NCBI GenBank assembly: GCA_964016885.1
Contig: OZ024764.1
Location: 11,036,001 to 11,100,000, forward strand
DNA: 64,000 bases
Origin: Eledone cirrhosa
Lineage: Eukaryota
Direction of reading: 5' to 3'
Position 1 is the first letter of the stretch. The number at the start of each line of letters is the position of its first letter. Shown here piece by piece: positions 12,898-26,900 of the stretch. A program made the translations under genes and the position numbers. Under the pieces are notes generated by a model. The model was not told where the DNA came from and did not search any database. It worked only from the letters and a program-made list of their open reading frames with translations.

Positions 12898-14575
12898 CCT
12901 GGGCATGGATACATTGAAGCTCCGATGTCTGGCAACTGAGTTGGTAAACGCCCACAAAATTATTAACCATCTTGCCAACAACAACCCTGAGCACATTTTT
13001 GAATTTCATGTGTCTAACACACGTGGACATGCCTACAAAGTCAGAAAATAGCACAGCTCCTATGTCTTTTGCAAACATCTTTTCATGCTCAGAGTTGCTG
13101 AAGAATGGAACAAACTACCTGCATCAGTTCTTAGCTATCAAGATACAGCATCCTTTAAAACCTACATGGAACAAACTACCTGCATCAGTTGTTAGCAGTC
13201 GAGACACAGCATCCTTTAAACCCTCCATGGAACAGACTACCTGCATCAGTTGTTAGCTGTCGAGACACAGCATCCTTTAAAACCTCCATGGAACAAACTA
13301 CCTGCATCAGTTGTTAGCTGTCGAGACACTGCATCCTTTAAAACCTCCATGGAACAAATTAGCTACATCAGTTGTTAGCTGTCGAGACACTGCATCCTTT
13401 AAGGCCTCCATGGAACAAACTACCTGCATCAGTTGTTAGCTGTCGAGTCACTGCATCCTTTAAAACCTCCATGGAACAAACTACCTGCATCAGTTGTTAG
13501 CTGTTGAGACACTGCATCCTTTAAAACCTCCATGGAACAAATTAGCTACATCAGTTGTTAGCTGTCGTGACACTGCATCCTTTAAGGCCTCCATGGAACA
13601 AACTACCTGCATCAGTTGTTAGCTGTCGAGACACTGCATCCTTTAAAACCTCCATGGAACAAACTACCTGCATCAGTTGTTAGCTGTCAAGACACTGCAT
13701 CCTTTAAAACATCCATGGAACAAACTACCTGCATCAGTTGTTAGCTGTTGAGACACTGCATCCTTTAAAACCTCCATGGAACAAATTAGCTACATCAGTT
13801 GTTAGCTGTCGTGACACTGCATCCTTTAAGGCCTCCATGGAACAAACTACCTGCATCAGTTGTTAGCTGTCGAGACACTGCATCCTTTAAAACCTCCATG
13901 GAACAAACTACCTGCATCAGTTGTTAGCTGTCGAGACACTGCATCCTTTAAAACATCCATGGAACAAACTACCTGCATCAGTTGTTAGCTGTTGAGACAC
14001 TGCATCCTTTAAAACCTCCATGGAACAAACTACCTGCATCAGTTGTTAGCAGTCGAGACACTGCATCCTTTAAAACATCCATGGAACAAACTACCTGCAT
14101 CAGTTGTTAGCTGTTGAGACACTGCATCCTTTAAAACCTCCATGGAACAAACTACCTGCATCAGTTGTTAGCAGTCGAGACACTGCATCCTTTATAACCT
14201 CCATGGAACAAACTACCTGCATCAGTTGTTAGCTGTCGAGACACTGCATCCTTTAAAACCTCCATGGAACAAACTACCTGCATCAGTTGTTAGCAGTCGA
14301 GACACTGCATCCTTTAAAATATCCATGGAACAAACTACCTGCATCAGTTGTTAGCTGTTGAGACACTGCATCCTTTAAAACCCCCATGCTTCCTGAAATT
14401 CGCCAACACTACATCTGATATCCCCCCTCCATACACACACACACACACACATATATCATGACGCATACACTGTTCACTTCCCTGACATTTGTACATTACA
14501 CTATGAACTATACATGCACTTTTGATGAGTTGTAGTGCACCTGAGCACTGTACACAATAATTTCATTAATATTAC
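12898..14575 (+). mobile_element. CR1/L2-group LINE 3' fragment, antisense in the last intron, with an internal 61-bp expansion
   Basis: Translation LGMDTLKLRCLATELVNAHKIINH...NTRGHAYKVRK*HSS...KHLFMLRVAEEWNKLPASV...TASFK contains the TRGH..K / F..RV...WN.LP..VV / FK motifs of the CR1-group ORF2 C-terminus. 3'UTR follows the array. Confidence 0.8.
13105..14388. repeat. 61-bp tandem array (ATGGAACAAACTACCTGCATCAGTTGTTAGCTGTCGAGACACTGCATCCTTTAAAACCTCC), ~21 copies
   Basis: Period 61 measured (13288 to 13349). Confidence 0.95.
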
Positions 14576-14609
14576 TATATAGACACCCGTGACCCTTTGG
14601 GTCACATTC

Positions 14610-14730
14610 GCTACTACTACTACTACTACTACTACTATGGTTACTACTATAGCTACTACTACTACATTACCACCACCACCACCACTACTACCAACACTGC
14701 CACCACCACCACCACAGCAACAACAACAAT
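14610..14730. repeat. (ACT)n/(ACC)n/(AAC)n microsatellite
   Basis: Direct inspection. Confidence 0.9.
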
Positions 14731-14741
14731 AAAATACTTAC

Positions 14742-14899
14742 CCTGCTGATATATGATCTTTGTATCCTTATCAGAATAGTAGAATGCAGGGAACGGGGGT
14801 GTGCGACCCCACTCACAACGTTGGTTACCTTCATTCATAGCCAACCAACCTTCATCGGCAAAACAATGTTTTGGATTTCCAATATAGAAACGGTGAAGA
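14742..14899 (-). CDS. Coding exon 4: (N)LHRFYIGNPKHCFADEGWLAMNEGNQRCEWGRTPPFPAFYYSDKDTKIIYQQ
   Basis: Polypyrimidine tract TCTTCTCTCTGCTTTTTCAATAG acceptor, GTAAGT donor, 158 nt, phase 2 to 1. Contained in ORF 14662..15009. Confidence 0.9.
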
Positions 14900-14924
14900 C
14901 TATTGAAAAAGCAGAGAGAAGATA

Positions 14925-17900
14925 CAAGATGGTTAGCTTTCTGTTTTATGAAGGGTCTAAGGTGTAGGAAATGTGTTTGGATGGGCATGGAAGGATTTGA
15001 TGTAACCAAGATGATTAGCTTTCTGTTTTATGAAGGGTCTAAGGTGTAGGAAATGTGTTTGGATGGGCATGGATGGATTAGATGTAACCAAGATGGTTAG
15101 CTTTCTGTTTTATGAAGGGTCTAAGGTGTAGGAAATGTGTTTGGATGGGCATGGATGGATTAGATGTAACCAAGATGGTTAGCTTTCTGTTTTATGAAGG
15201 GTCTAAGGTGTAGGAAATGTGTTTGGATGGGAATGGATGGATTAGATGTACCCAAGATGGTTAGCTTTCTGTTTTATGAAGGGTCTAAGGTGTAGGAAAT
15301 GTGTTTGGATGGGCATGGAAGGATTAGATGTAACCAAGATGGCTAGCTTTCTGTTTTATGAAGAGTCTAAGGTGTAGGAAATGTGTTTGGATGGGCATGG
15401 AAGGATTTGATGTAACCAAGATGATTAGCTTTTCTGTTTTATGAAGAGTCTAAGGTGTAGAAAATGTGTTTGGATGGGCATGGATGGATTTGATGTAACC
15501 AAGATGGTTAGCTTTTCTGTTTTATGAAGAGTCTAAGGTGTAGGAAATGTGTTTGGATGGGCATGGAAGGATTTGATGTAACCAAGATGGTTAGCTTTTC
15601 TGTTTTATGAAGAGTCTAAGGTGTAGAAAATGTGTTTGGATGGGCATGGATGGATTTGATGTAACCAAGATGATTAGCTTTCTGTTTTATGAAGAGTCTA
15701 AGGTGTAGGAAATGTGTTTGGATGGGCATGGAAGGATTTGATGTAACCAAGATGATTAGCTTTCTGTTTGTGAAGAGTCAAAGGTGTAGGAAATGTGTTT
15801 GGATGGGCATGGATGGATTAGATGTACCCAAGATGGTTAGCTTTCTGTTTTATGAAGAGTCTAAGGTGTAGAAAATGTGTTTGGATGGGCATGGATGGAT
15901 TAGATGTAACCAAGATGATTAGCTTTCTGTTTTATGAAGAGTCTAAGGTGTAGGAAATGTGTTTGGATGGGCATGGATGGATTAGATGTAACCAAGATGG
16001 TTAGCTTTCTGTTTTATGAAGAGTCTAAGGTGTAGAAAATGTGTTTGGATGGGCATGGATGGATTAGATGTAACCAAGATGGTTAGCTTTCTGTTTTATG
16101 AAGAGTCTAAGGTGTAGAAAATGTGTTTGGATGGGCATGGAAGGATTAGATGTAACCAAGATGGCTAGCTTTCTGTTTTATGAAGAGTCTAAGGTGTAGA
16201 AAATGTGTTTGGATGGGCATGGATGGATTAGATGTACCCAAGATGGTTAGCTTTCTGTTTTATGAAGAGTCTAAGGTGTAGAAAATGTGTTTGGATGGGC
16301 ATGGATGGATTAGATGTAACCAAGATGATTAGCTTTCTGTTTTATGAAGAGTCTAAGGTGTAGGAAATGTGTTTGGATGGGCATGGATGGATTAGATGTA
16401 ACCAAGATGGTTAGCTTTCTGTTTTATGAAGAGTCTAAGGTGTAGAAAATGTGTTTGGATGGGCATGGATGGATTAGATGTAACCAAGATGGTTAGCTTT
16501 CTGTTTTATGAAGAGTCTAAGGTGTAGAAAATGTGTTTGGATGGGCATGGAAGGATTAGATGTAACCAAGATGGCTAGCTTTCTGTTTTATGAAGAGTCT
16601 AAGGTGTAGAAAATGTGTTTGGATGGGCATGGATGGATTTGATGTAACCAAGATGATTAGCTTTCTGTTTTATGAAGAGTCTAAGGTGTAGAAAATGTGT
16701 TTGGATGGGCATGGATGGATTTGATGTAACCAAGATGATTAGCTTTCTGTTTTATGAAGAGTCTAAGGTGTAGAAAATGTGTTTGGATGGGCATGGATGG
16801 ATTTGATGTAACCAAGATGATTAGCTTTCTGTTTTATGAAGAGTCTAAGGTGTAGAAAATGTGTTTGGATGGGCATGGATGGATTTGATGTAACCAAGAT
16901 GATTAGCTTTCTGTTTTATGAAGAGTCTAAGGTGTAGAAAATGTGTTTGGATGGGCATGGATGGATTTGATGTAACCAAGATGATTAGCTTTCTGTTTTA
17001 TGAAGAGTCTAAAGTGTAGGAAATGTGTTTGGATGGGCATGGATGGATTTGATGTAACCAAGATGGTTAGCTTTCTGTTTTATGAAGAGTCTAAGGTGTA
17101 GGAAATGTGTTTGGATGGGCATGGCAGGATTTGATGTAACCAAGATGGTTAGCTTTCTGTTTTATGAAGAGTCAAAGGTGTAGGAAATGTGTTTGGATGG
17201 GCATGGATGGATTTGATGTAACCAAGATGGTTAGCTTTCTGTTTTATGAAGAGTCTAAGGTGTAGAAAATGTGTTTGGATGGGCATGGATGGATTTGATG
17301 TAACCAAGATGGTTAGCTTTCTGTTTTATGAAGAGTCTAAGGTGTAGAAAATGTGTTTGGATGGGCATGGATGGATTTGATGTAACCAAGATGGTTAGCT
17401 TTCTGTTTTATGAAGAGTCTAAGGTATAGAAAATGTGTTTGGATGGGCATGGATGGATTTGATGTAACCAAGATGGTTAGCTTTTCTGTTTTATGAAGAG
17501 TCTAAGGTGTAGAAAATGTGTTTGGATGGGCATGGATGGATTTGATGTAACCAAGATGGTTAGCTTTCTGTTTTATGAAGAGTCTAAGGTGTAGAAAATG
17601 TGTTTGGATGGGCATGGAAGGATTTGATGTAACCAAGATGGTTAGCTTTTCTGTTTTATGAAGGGTCTAAGGTGTAGAAAATGTGTTTGGATGGGCATGG
17701 ATGGATTTGATGTAACCAAGATGGTTAGCTTTCTGTTTTATGAAGAGTCTAAGGTGTAGAAAATGTGTTTGGATGGGCATGGATGGATTTGATGTCACCA
17801 AGATGGTTAGCTTTCTGTTTTATGAAGAGTCTAAGGTGTAGAAAATGTGTTTGGATGGGCATGGATGGATTTGATGTAACCAAGATGGTTAGCTTTCTGT

Positions 17901-20900
17901 TTTATGAAGAGTCTAAGGTGTAGAAAATGTGTTTGGATGGGCATGGAAGGATTTGATGTAACCAAGATGGTTAGCTTTTCTGTTTTATGAAGGGTCTAAG
18001 GTGTAGAAAATGTGTTTGGATGGGCATGGATGGATTTGATGTAACCAAGATGGTTAGCTTTCTGTTTTATGAAGAGTCTAAGGTGTAGAAAATGTGTTTG
18101 GATGGGCATGGATGGATTTGATGTCACCAAGATGGTTAGCTTTCTGTTTTATGAAGAGTCTAAGGTGTAGAAAATGTGTTTGGATGGGCATGGATGGATT
18201 TGATGTAACCAAGATGGTTAGCTTTCTGTTTTATGAAGAGTCTAAGGTGTAGAAAATGTGTTTGGATGGGCATGGAAGGATTTGATGTAACCAAGACGGT
18301 TAGCTTTTCTGTTTTATGAAGGGTCTAAGGTGTAGAAAATGTGTTTGGATGGGCATGGATGGATTTGATGTAACCAAGATGGTTAGCTTTCTGTTTTATG
18401 AAGAGTCAAAGGTGTAGGAAATGTGTTTGGATGGGCATGGATGGATTTGATGTAACCAAGATGGTTAGCTTTCTGTTTTATGAAGAGTCAAAGGTGTAGG
18501 AAATGTGTTTGGATGGGCATGGATGGATTTGATGTAACCAAGATGGTTAGCTTTCTGTTTTATGAAGAGTCAAAGGTGTAGGAAATGTGTTTGGATGGGC
18601 ATGGATGGATTTGATGTAACCAAGATGGTTAGCTTTTCTGTTTTATGAAGAGTCTAAGGTGTAGAAAATGTGTTTGGATGGGCATGGATGGATTTGATGT
18701 AACCAAGATGGTTAGCTTTCTGTTTTATGAAGAGTCTAAAGTGTAGAAAATGTGTTTGGATGGGCATGGATGGATTAGATGTAACCAAGATGGTTGGATT
18801 TCTGTTTTACGAAGAGTCTAAGGTGTAGAAAATGTGCTTGGATGGGCATGGAAGGATTTGATGTAACCAAGATGGTTAGCTTTCTGTTTTATGAAGAGTC
18901 TAAGGTGTAGAAAATGTGTTTGGATGGGCATGGATGGATTAGATGTAACCAAGATGGCTAGCTTTCTGTTTTATGAAGAGTCTAAGGTGTAGGAAATGTG
19001 TTTGGATGGGCATGGATGGATTTGATGTAACCAAGATGGTTAGCTTTTGTTTTATGAAGGGTCTAAAGTGTAGAAAATGTGTTTGGATGGGCATGGATGG
19101 ATTTGATGTAACCAAGATGTCTAGCTTTCTGTTTTATGAAGAGTCTAAGGTGTAGAAAATGTGTTTGGATGGGCATGGATGGATTTGATGTAACCAAGAT
19201 GATTAGCTTTCTGTTTTATGAAGGGTCTAAGGTATAGAAAATGTGTTTGGATGGGCATGGTAGGATTAGATTTAACCAAGATGGTTAGCTTTCTGTTTTA
19301 TGAAGAGTCTAAGGTGTAGAAAATGTGTTTGGATGGGCATGGATGGATTTGATGTAACCAAGATGGTTAGCTTTCTGTTTTATGAAGAGTCTAAGGTGTA
19401 GAAAATGTGTTTGGATGGGCATGGACGGATTTGATGTAACCAAGATGGTTAGCTTTCTGTTTTATGAAGAGTCTAAGGTGTAGAAAATGTGTTTGGATGG
19501 GCATGGATGGATTTGATGTAACCAAGATGGTTAGCTTTCTGTTTTATGAAGGGTCTAAGGTGTAGGAAATGTGTTTGGATGGGCATGGATGGATTAGATG
19601 TACCCAAGATGGTTAGCTTTCTGTTTTATGAAGAGTCTAAGGTGTAGGAAATGTGTTTGGATGGGCATGGAAGGATTAGATGTACCCAAGATGGTTAGCT
19701 TTCTGTTTTATGAAGAGTCTAAGGTGTAGGAAATGTGTTTGGATGGGCATGGAAGGATTAGATGTACCCAAGATGGTTAGCTTTCTGTTTTATGAAGAGT
19801 CTAAGGTGTAGAAAATGTGTTTGGATGGGCATGGAAGGATTAGATGTACCCAAGATGGTTAGCTTTCTGTTTTATGAAGAGTCTAAGGTGTAGGAAATGT
19901 GTTTGGATGGGCATGGAAGGATTAGATGTACCCAAGATGGTTAGCTTTCTGTTTTATGAAGAGTCTAAGGTGTAGAAAATGTGTTTGGATGGGCATGGAA
20001 GGATTAGATGTACCCAAGATGGTTGGATTTCTGTTTTATGAAGAGTCTAAGGTGTAGAAAATGTGTTTGGATGGGCATGGATGGATTAGATGTAACCAAG
20101 ATTGTTGGATTTCTGTTTTACGAAGAGTCTAAGGTGTAGGAAATGTGTTTGGATGGGCATGGAAGGATTAGATGTAACCAAGATGGTTAGCTTTCTGTTT
20201 TATGAAGAGTCTAAAGTGTAGAAAATGTGTTTGGATGGGCATGGAAGGATTAGATGTACCCAAGATGGTTAGCTTTCTGTTTTATGAAGAGTCTAAGGTG
20301 TAGGAAATGTGTTTGGATGGGCATGGAAGGATTAGATGTACCCAAGATGGTTAGCTTTCTGTTTTATGAAGAGTCTAAGGTGTAGGAAATGTGTTTGGAT
20401 GGGCATGGAAGGATTAGATGTACCCAAGATGGTTGGATTTCTGTTTTATGAAGAGTCTAAGGTGTAGAAAATGTGTTTGGATGGGCATGGATGGATTAGA
20501 TGTAACCAAGATTGTTGGATTTCTGTTTTACGAAGAGTCTAAGGTGTAGGAAATGTGTTTGGATGGGCATGGAAGGATTAGATGTAACCAAGATGGTTAG
20601 CTTTCTGTTTTATGAAGAGTCTAAAGTGTAGAAAATGTGTTTGGATGGGCATGGAAGGATTAGATGTACCCAAGATGGTTAGCTTTCTGTTTTATGAAGA
20701 GTCTAAGGTGTAGGAAATGTGTTTGGATGGGCATGGAAGGATTAGATGTACCCAAGATGGTTAGCTTTCTGTTTTATGAAGAGTCTAAGGTGTAGGAAAT
20801 GTGTTTGGATGGGCATGGAAGGATTAGATGTACCCAAGATGGTTGGATTTCTGTTTTATGAAGAGTCTAAGGTGTAGAAAATGTGTTTGGATGGGCATGG

Positions 20901-23900
20901 ATGGATTAGATGTAACCAAGATTGTTGGATTTCTGTTTTACGAAGAGTCTAAGGTGTAGGAAATGTGTTTGGATGGGCATGGAAGGATTTGATGTAACCA
21001 AGATGGTTAGCTTTCTGTTTTATGAAGAGTCTAAAGTGTAGAAAATGTGTTTGGATGGGCATGGAAGGATTAGATGTACCCAAGATGGTTAGCTTTCTGT
21101 TTTATGAAGAGTCTAAGGTGTAGGAAATGTGTTTGGATGGGCATGGAAGGATTAGATGTACCCAAGATGGTTAGCTTTCTGTTTTATGAAGAGTCTAAGG
21201 TGTAGGAAATGTGTTTGGATGGGCATGGAAGGATTAGATGTACCCAAGATGGTTAGCTTTCTGTTTTATGAAGAGTCTAAGGTGTAGGAAATGTGTTTGG
21301 ATGGGCATGGAAGGATTAGATGTACCCAAGATGGTTAGCTTTCTGTTTTATGAAGAGTCTAAGGTGTAGAAAATGTGTTTGGATGGGCATGGAAGGATTA
21401 GATGTACCCAAGATGGTTAGCTTTCTGTTTTATGAAGAGTCTAAGGTGTAGGAAATGTGTTTGGATGGGCATGGAAGGATTAGATGTACCCAAGATGGTT
21501 AGCTTTCTGTTTTATGAAGAGTCTAAGGTGTAGAAAATGTGTTTGGATGGGCATGGATGGATTAGATGTAACCAAGATGGCTAGCTTTCTGTTTTATGAA
21601 GAGTCTAAGGTGTAGGAAATGTGTTTGGATGGGCATGGAAGGATTAGATGTAACCAAGATGGTTAGCTTTCTGTTTTATGAAGAGTCTAAGGTGTAGGAA
21701 ATGTGTTTGGATGGGCATTGAAGGATTAGATGTAACCAAGATGGTTAGCTTTCTGTTTTATGAAGAGTCTAAGGTGTAGGAAATGTGTTTGGATGGGCAT
21801 GGAAGGATTAGATGTAACCAAGATGGTTAGCTTTCTGTTTTATGAAGAGTCTAAGGTGTAGGAAATGTGTTTGGATGGGCATGGAAGGATTAGATGTAAC
21901 CAAGATGGTTAGCTTTCTGTTTTATGAAGAGTCTAAGGTGTAGGAAATGTGTTTGGATGGGCATGGAAGGATTAGATGTAACCAAGATGGTTAGCTTTCT
22001 GTTTTATGAAGAGTCTAAGGTGTAGGAAATGTGTTTGGATGGGCATGGAAGGATTAGATGTAACCAAGATGGTTAGCTTTCTGTTTTATGAAGAGTCTAA
22101 GGTGTAGGAAATGTGTTTGGATGGGCATGGAAGGATTAGATGTAACCAAGATGGTTAGCTTTCTGTTTTATGAAGAGTCTAAGGTGTAGGAAATGTGTTT
22201 GGATGGGCATGGAAGGATTAGATGTAACCAAGATGGTTAGCTTTCTGTTTTATGAAGAGTCTAAGGTGTAGGAAATGTGTTTGGATGGGCATGGAAGGAT
22301 TAGATGTAACCAAGATGGTTAGCTTTCTGTTTTATGAAGAGTCTAAGGTGTAGGAAATGTGTTTGGATGGGCATGGAAGGATTAGATGTAACCAAGATGG
22401 TTAGCTTTCTGTTTTATGAAGAGTCTAAGGTGTAGGAAATGTGTTTGGATGGGCATGGAAGGATTAGATGTACCCAAGATGGTTAGCTTTCTGTTTTATG
22501 AAGAGTCTAAGGTGTAGGAAATGTGTTTGGATGGGCATGGAAGGATTAGATGTACCCAAGATGGTTAGCTTTCTGTTTTATGAAGAGTCTAAGGTGTAGG
22601 AAATGTGTTTGGATGGGCATGGAAGGATTAGATGTACCCAAGATGGTTAGCTTTCTGTTTTATGAAGAGTCTAAGGTGTAGGAAATGTGTTTGGATGGGC
22701 ATGGAAGGATTAGATGTACCCAAGATGGTTAGCTTTCTGTTTTATGAAGAGTCTAAGGTGTAGGAAATGTGTTTGGATGGGCATGGAAGGATTAGATGTA
22801 CCCAAGATGATTAGCTTTCTGTTTTATGAAGAGTCTAAGGTGTAGGAAATGTGTTTGGATGGGCATGGAAGGATTAGATATACCCAAGATGGTTAGCTTT
22901 CTGTTTTATGAAGAGTCTAAGGTGTAGGAAATGTGTTTGGATGGGCATGGAAGGATTAGATGTACCCAAGATGGTTAGCTTTCTGTTTTATGAAGAGTCT
23001 AAGGTGTAGGAAATGTGTTTGGATGGGCATGGAAGGATTAGATGTACCCAAGATGGTTAGCTTTCTGTTTTATGAAGAGTCTAAGGTGTAGGAAATGTGT
23101 TTGGATGGGCATGGATGGATTAGATGTACCCAAGATGGTTAGCTTTCTGTTTTATGAAGGGTCTAAGGTGTAGGAAATGTGTTTGGATGGGCATGGAAGG
23201 ATTAGATGTACCCAAGATGGTTAGCTTTCTGTTTTATGAAGAGTCTAAGGTGTAGGAAATGTGTTTGGATGGGCATGGAAGGATTAGATGTACCCAAGAT
23301 GGTTAGCTTTCTGTTTTATGAAGAGTCTAAGGTGTAGGAAATGTGTTTGGATGGGCATGGAAGGATTAGATGTACCCAAGATGGTTAGCTTTCTGTTTTA
23401 TGAAGAGTCTAAGGTGTAGGAAATGTGTTTGGATGGGCATGGATGGATTAGATGTAACCAAGATGGCTAGCTTTCTGTTTTATGAAGAGTCTAAGGTGTA
23501 GGAAATGTGTTTGGATGGGCATGGAAGGATTAGATGTAACCAAGATGGTTAGCTTTCTGTTTTATGAAGAGTCTAAGGTGTAGGAAATGTGTTTGGATGG
23601 GCATGGAAGGATTAGATGTAACCAAGATGGCTAGCTTTCTGTTTTATGAAGAGTCTAAGGTGTAGGAAATGTGTTTGGATGGGCATGGAAGGATTAGATG
23701 TAACCAAGATGGCTAGCTTTCTGTTTTATGAAGAGTCTAAGGTGTAGGAAATGTGTTTGGATGGGCATGGAAGGATTAGATGTAACCAAGATGGCTAGCT
23801 TTCTGTTTTATGAAGAGTCTAAGGTGTAGGAAATGTGTTTGGATGGGCATGGATGGATTAGATGTAACCAAGATGGTTAGCTTTCTGTTTTATGAAGAGT

Positions 23901-26900
23901 CTAAGGTGTAGGAAATGTGTTTGGATGGGCATGGAAGGATTAGATGTAACCAAGATGGTTAGCTTTCTGTTTTATGAAGAGTCTAAGGTGTAGGAAATGT
24001 GTTTGGATGGGCATGGATGGATTTGATGTAACCAAGATGGCTAGCTTTCTGTTTTATGAAGAGTCTAAGGTGTAGGAAATGTGTTTGGATGGGCATGGAT
24101 GGATTAGATGTAACCAAGATGGTTAGCTTTCTGTTTTATGAAGAGTCTAAGGTGTAGGAAATGTGTTTGGATGGGCATGGAAGGATTAGATGTAACCAAG
24201 ATGGTTAGCTTTCTGTTTTATGAAGAGTCTAAGGTGTAGGAAATGTGTTTGGATGGGCATGGATGGATTTGATGTAACCAAGATGGTTAGCTTTCTGTTT
24301 TATGAAGAGTCTAAGGTGTAGGAAATGTGTTTGGATGGGCATGGAAGGATTTGATGTAACCAAGATGGTTAGCTTTCTGTTTTATGAAGAGTCTAAGGTG
24401 TAGAAAATGTGTTTGGATGGGCATGGATGGATTAGATGTAACCAAGATGGCTAGCTTTCTGTTTTATGAAGAGTCTAAGGTGTAGAAAATGTGTTTGGAT
24501 GGGCATGGATGGATTAGATGTAACCAAGATGGTTGGATTTCTGTTTTATGAAGAGTCTAAAGTGTAGAAAATGTGTTTGGATGGGCATGGATGGATTAGA
24601 TGTAACCAAGATTGTTGGATTTCTGTTTTACGAAGAGTCTAAGGTGTAGGAAATGTGTTTGGATGGGCATGGAAGGATTTGATGTAACCAAGATGGTTAG
24701 CTTTCTGTTTTATGAAGAGTCTAAGGTGTAGGAAATGTGTTTGGATGGGCATGGAAGGATTAGATGTACCCAAGATGGTTAGCTTTCTGTTTTATGAAGA
24801 GTCTAAGGTGTAGAAAATGTGTTTGGATGGGCATGGAAGGATTAGATGTACCCAAGATGGTTAGCTTTCTGTTTTATGAAGAGTCTAAGGTGTAGAAAAT
24901 GTGTTTGGATGGGCATGGAAGGATTAGATGTAACCAAGATGGTTAGCTTTCTGTTTTATGAAGAGTCTAAGGTGTAGGAAATGTGTTTGGATGGGCATGG
25001 AAGGATTAGATGTACCCAAGATGGTTAGCTTTCTGTTTTATGAAGAGTCTAAGGTGTAGAAAATGTGTTTGGATGGGCATGGAAGGATTAGATGTACCCA
25101 AGATGGTTAGCTTTCTGTTTTATGAAGAGTCTAAGGTGTAGGAAATGTGTTTGGATGGGCATGGAAGGATTAGATGTAACCAAGATGGTTAGCTTTCTGT
25201 TTTATGAAGAGTCTAAGGTGTAGGAAATGTGTTTGGATGGGCATGGAAGGATTAGATGTAACCAAGATGGTTAGCTTTCTGTTTTATGAAGAGTCTAAGG
25301 TGTAGGAAATGTGTTTGGATGGGCATGGAAGGATTAGATGTAACCAAGATGGTTAGCTTTCTGTTTTATGAAGAGTCTAAGGTGTAGGAAATGTGTTTGG
25401 ATGGGCATGGAAGGATTAGATGTACCCAAGATGGTTAGCTTTCTGTTTTATGAAGAGTCTAAGGTGTAGGAAATGTGTTTGGATGGGCATGGAAGGATTA
25501 GATGTACCCAAGATGGTTAGCTTTCTGTTTTATGAAGAGTCTAAGGTGTAGGAAATGTGTTTGGATGGGCATGGAAGGATTAGATGTACCCAAGATGGTT
25601 AGCTTTCTGTTTTATGAAGAGTCTAAGGTGTAGGAAATGTGTTTGGATGGGCATGGAAGGATTAGATGTAACCAAGATGGTTAGCTTTCTGTTTTATGAA
25701 GAGTCTAAGGTGTAGGAAATGTGTTTGGATGGGCATGGAAGGATTAGATGTACCCAAGATGGTTAGCTTTCTGTTTTATGAAGAGTCTAAGGTGTAGGAA
25801 ATGTGTTTGGATGGGCATGGAAGGATTAGATGTAACCAAGATGGTTAGCTTTCTGTTTTATGAAGAGTCTAAGGTGTAGGAAATGTGTTTGGATGGGCAT
25901 GGAAGGATTAGATGTACCCAAGATGGTTAGCTTTCTGTTTTATGAAGAGTCTAAGGTGTAGGAAATGTGTTTGGATGGGCATGGAAGGATTAGATGTACC
26001 CAAGATGGTTAGCTTTCTGTTTTATGAAGAGTCTAAGGTGTAGGAAATGTGTTTGGATGGGCATGGAAGGATTAGATGTACCCAAGATGGTTAGCTTTCT
26101 GTTTTATGAAGAGTCTAAGGTGTAGGAAATGTGTTTGGATGGGCATGGAAGGATTAGATGTAACCAAGATGGTTAGCTTTCTGTTTTATGAAGAGTCTAA
26201 GGTGTAGGAAATGTGTTTGGATGGGCATGGAAGGATTAGATGTACCCAAGATGGTTAGCTTTCTGTTTTATGAAGAGTCTAAGGTGTAGGAAATGTGTTT
26301 GGATGGGCATGGAAGGATTAGATGTACCCAAGATGGTTAGCTTTCTGTTTTATGAAGAGTCTAAGGTGTAGGAAATGTGTTTGGATGGGCATGGATGGAT
26401 TTGATGTACCCAAGATGGTTAGCTTTCTGTTTTATGAAGAGTCTAAGGTGTAGGAAATGTGTTTGGATGGGCATGGAAGGATTAGATGTAACCAAGATGG
26501 TTAGCTTTCTGTTTTATGAAGGGTCTAAGGTGTAGAAAATATGTTTGGATGGGCATGGAAGGATTAGATGTAACCAAGATGGTTAGCTTTCTGTTTTATG
26601 AAGAGTCTAAGGTGTAGGAAATGTGTTTGGATGGGCATGGATGGATTTGATGTAACCAAGATGGTTAGCTTTCTGTTTTATGAAGAGTCTAAGGTGTAGG
26701 AAATGTGTTTGGATGGGCATGGAAGGATTAGATGTAACCAAGATGGCTAGCTTTCTGTTTTATGAAGAGTCTAAGGTGTAGAAAATGTGTTTGGATGGGC
26801 ATGGATGGATTAGATGTAACCAAGATGGTTAGCTTTCTGTTTTATGAAGAGTCTAAGGTGTAGAAAATGTGTTTGGATGGGCATGGAAGGATTAGATGTA

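Noticed and set aside
14870-14955. Plus-strand reading WISNIETVKTIEKAERRYKMV..YE resembling CR1 'LEKVQRRATKMV..YEERL', suggesting a LINE origin for the satellite
   Set aside because: Fully explained as the antisense of exon 4 and its polypyrimidine tract
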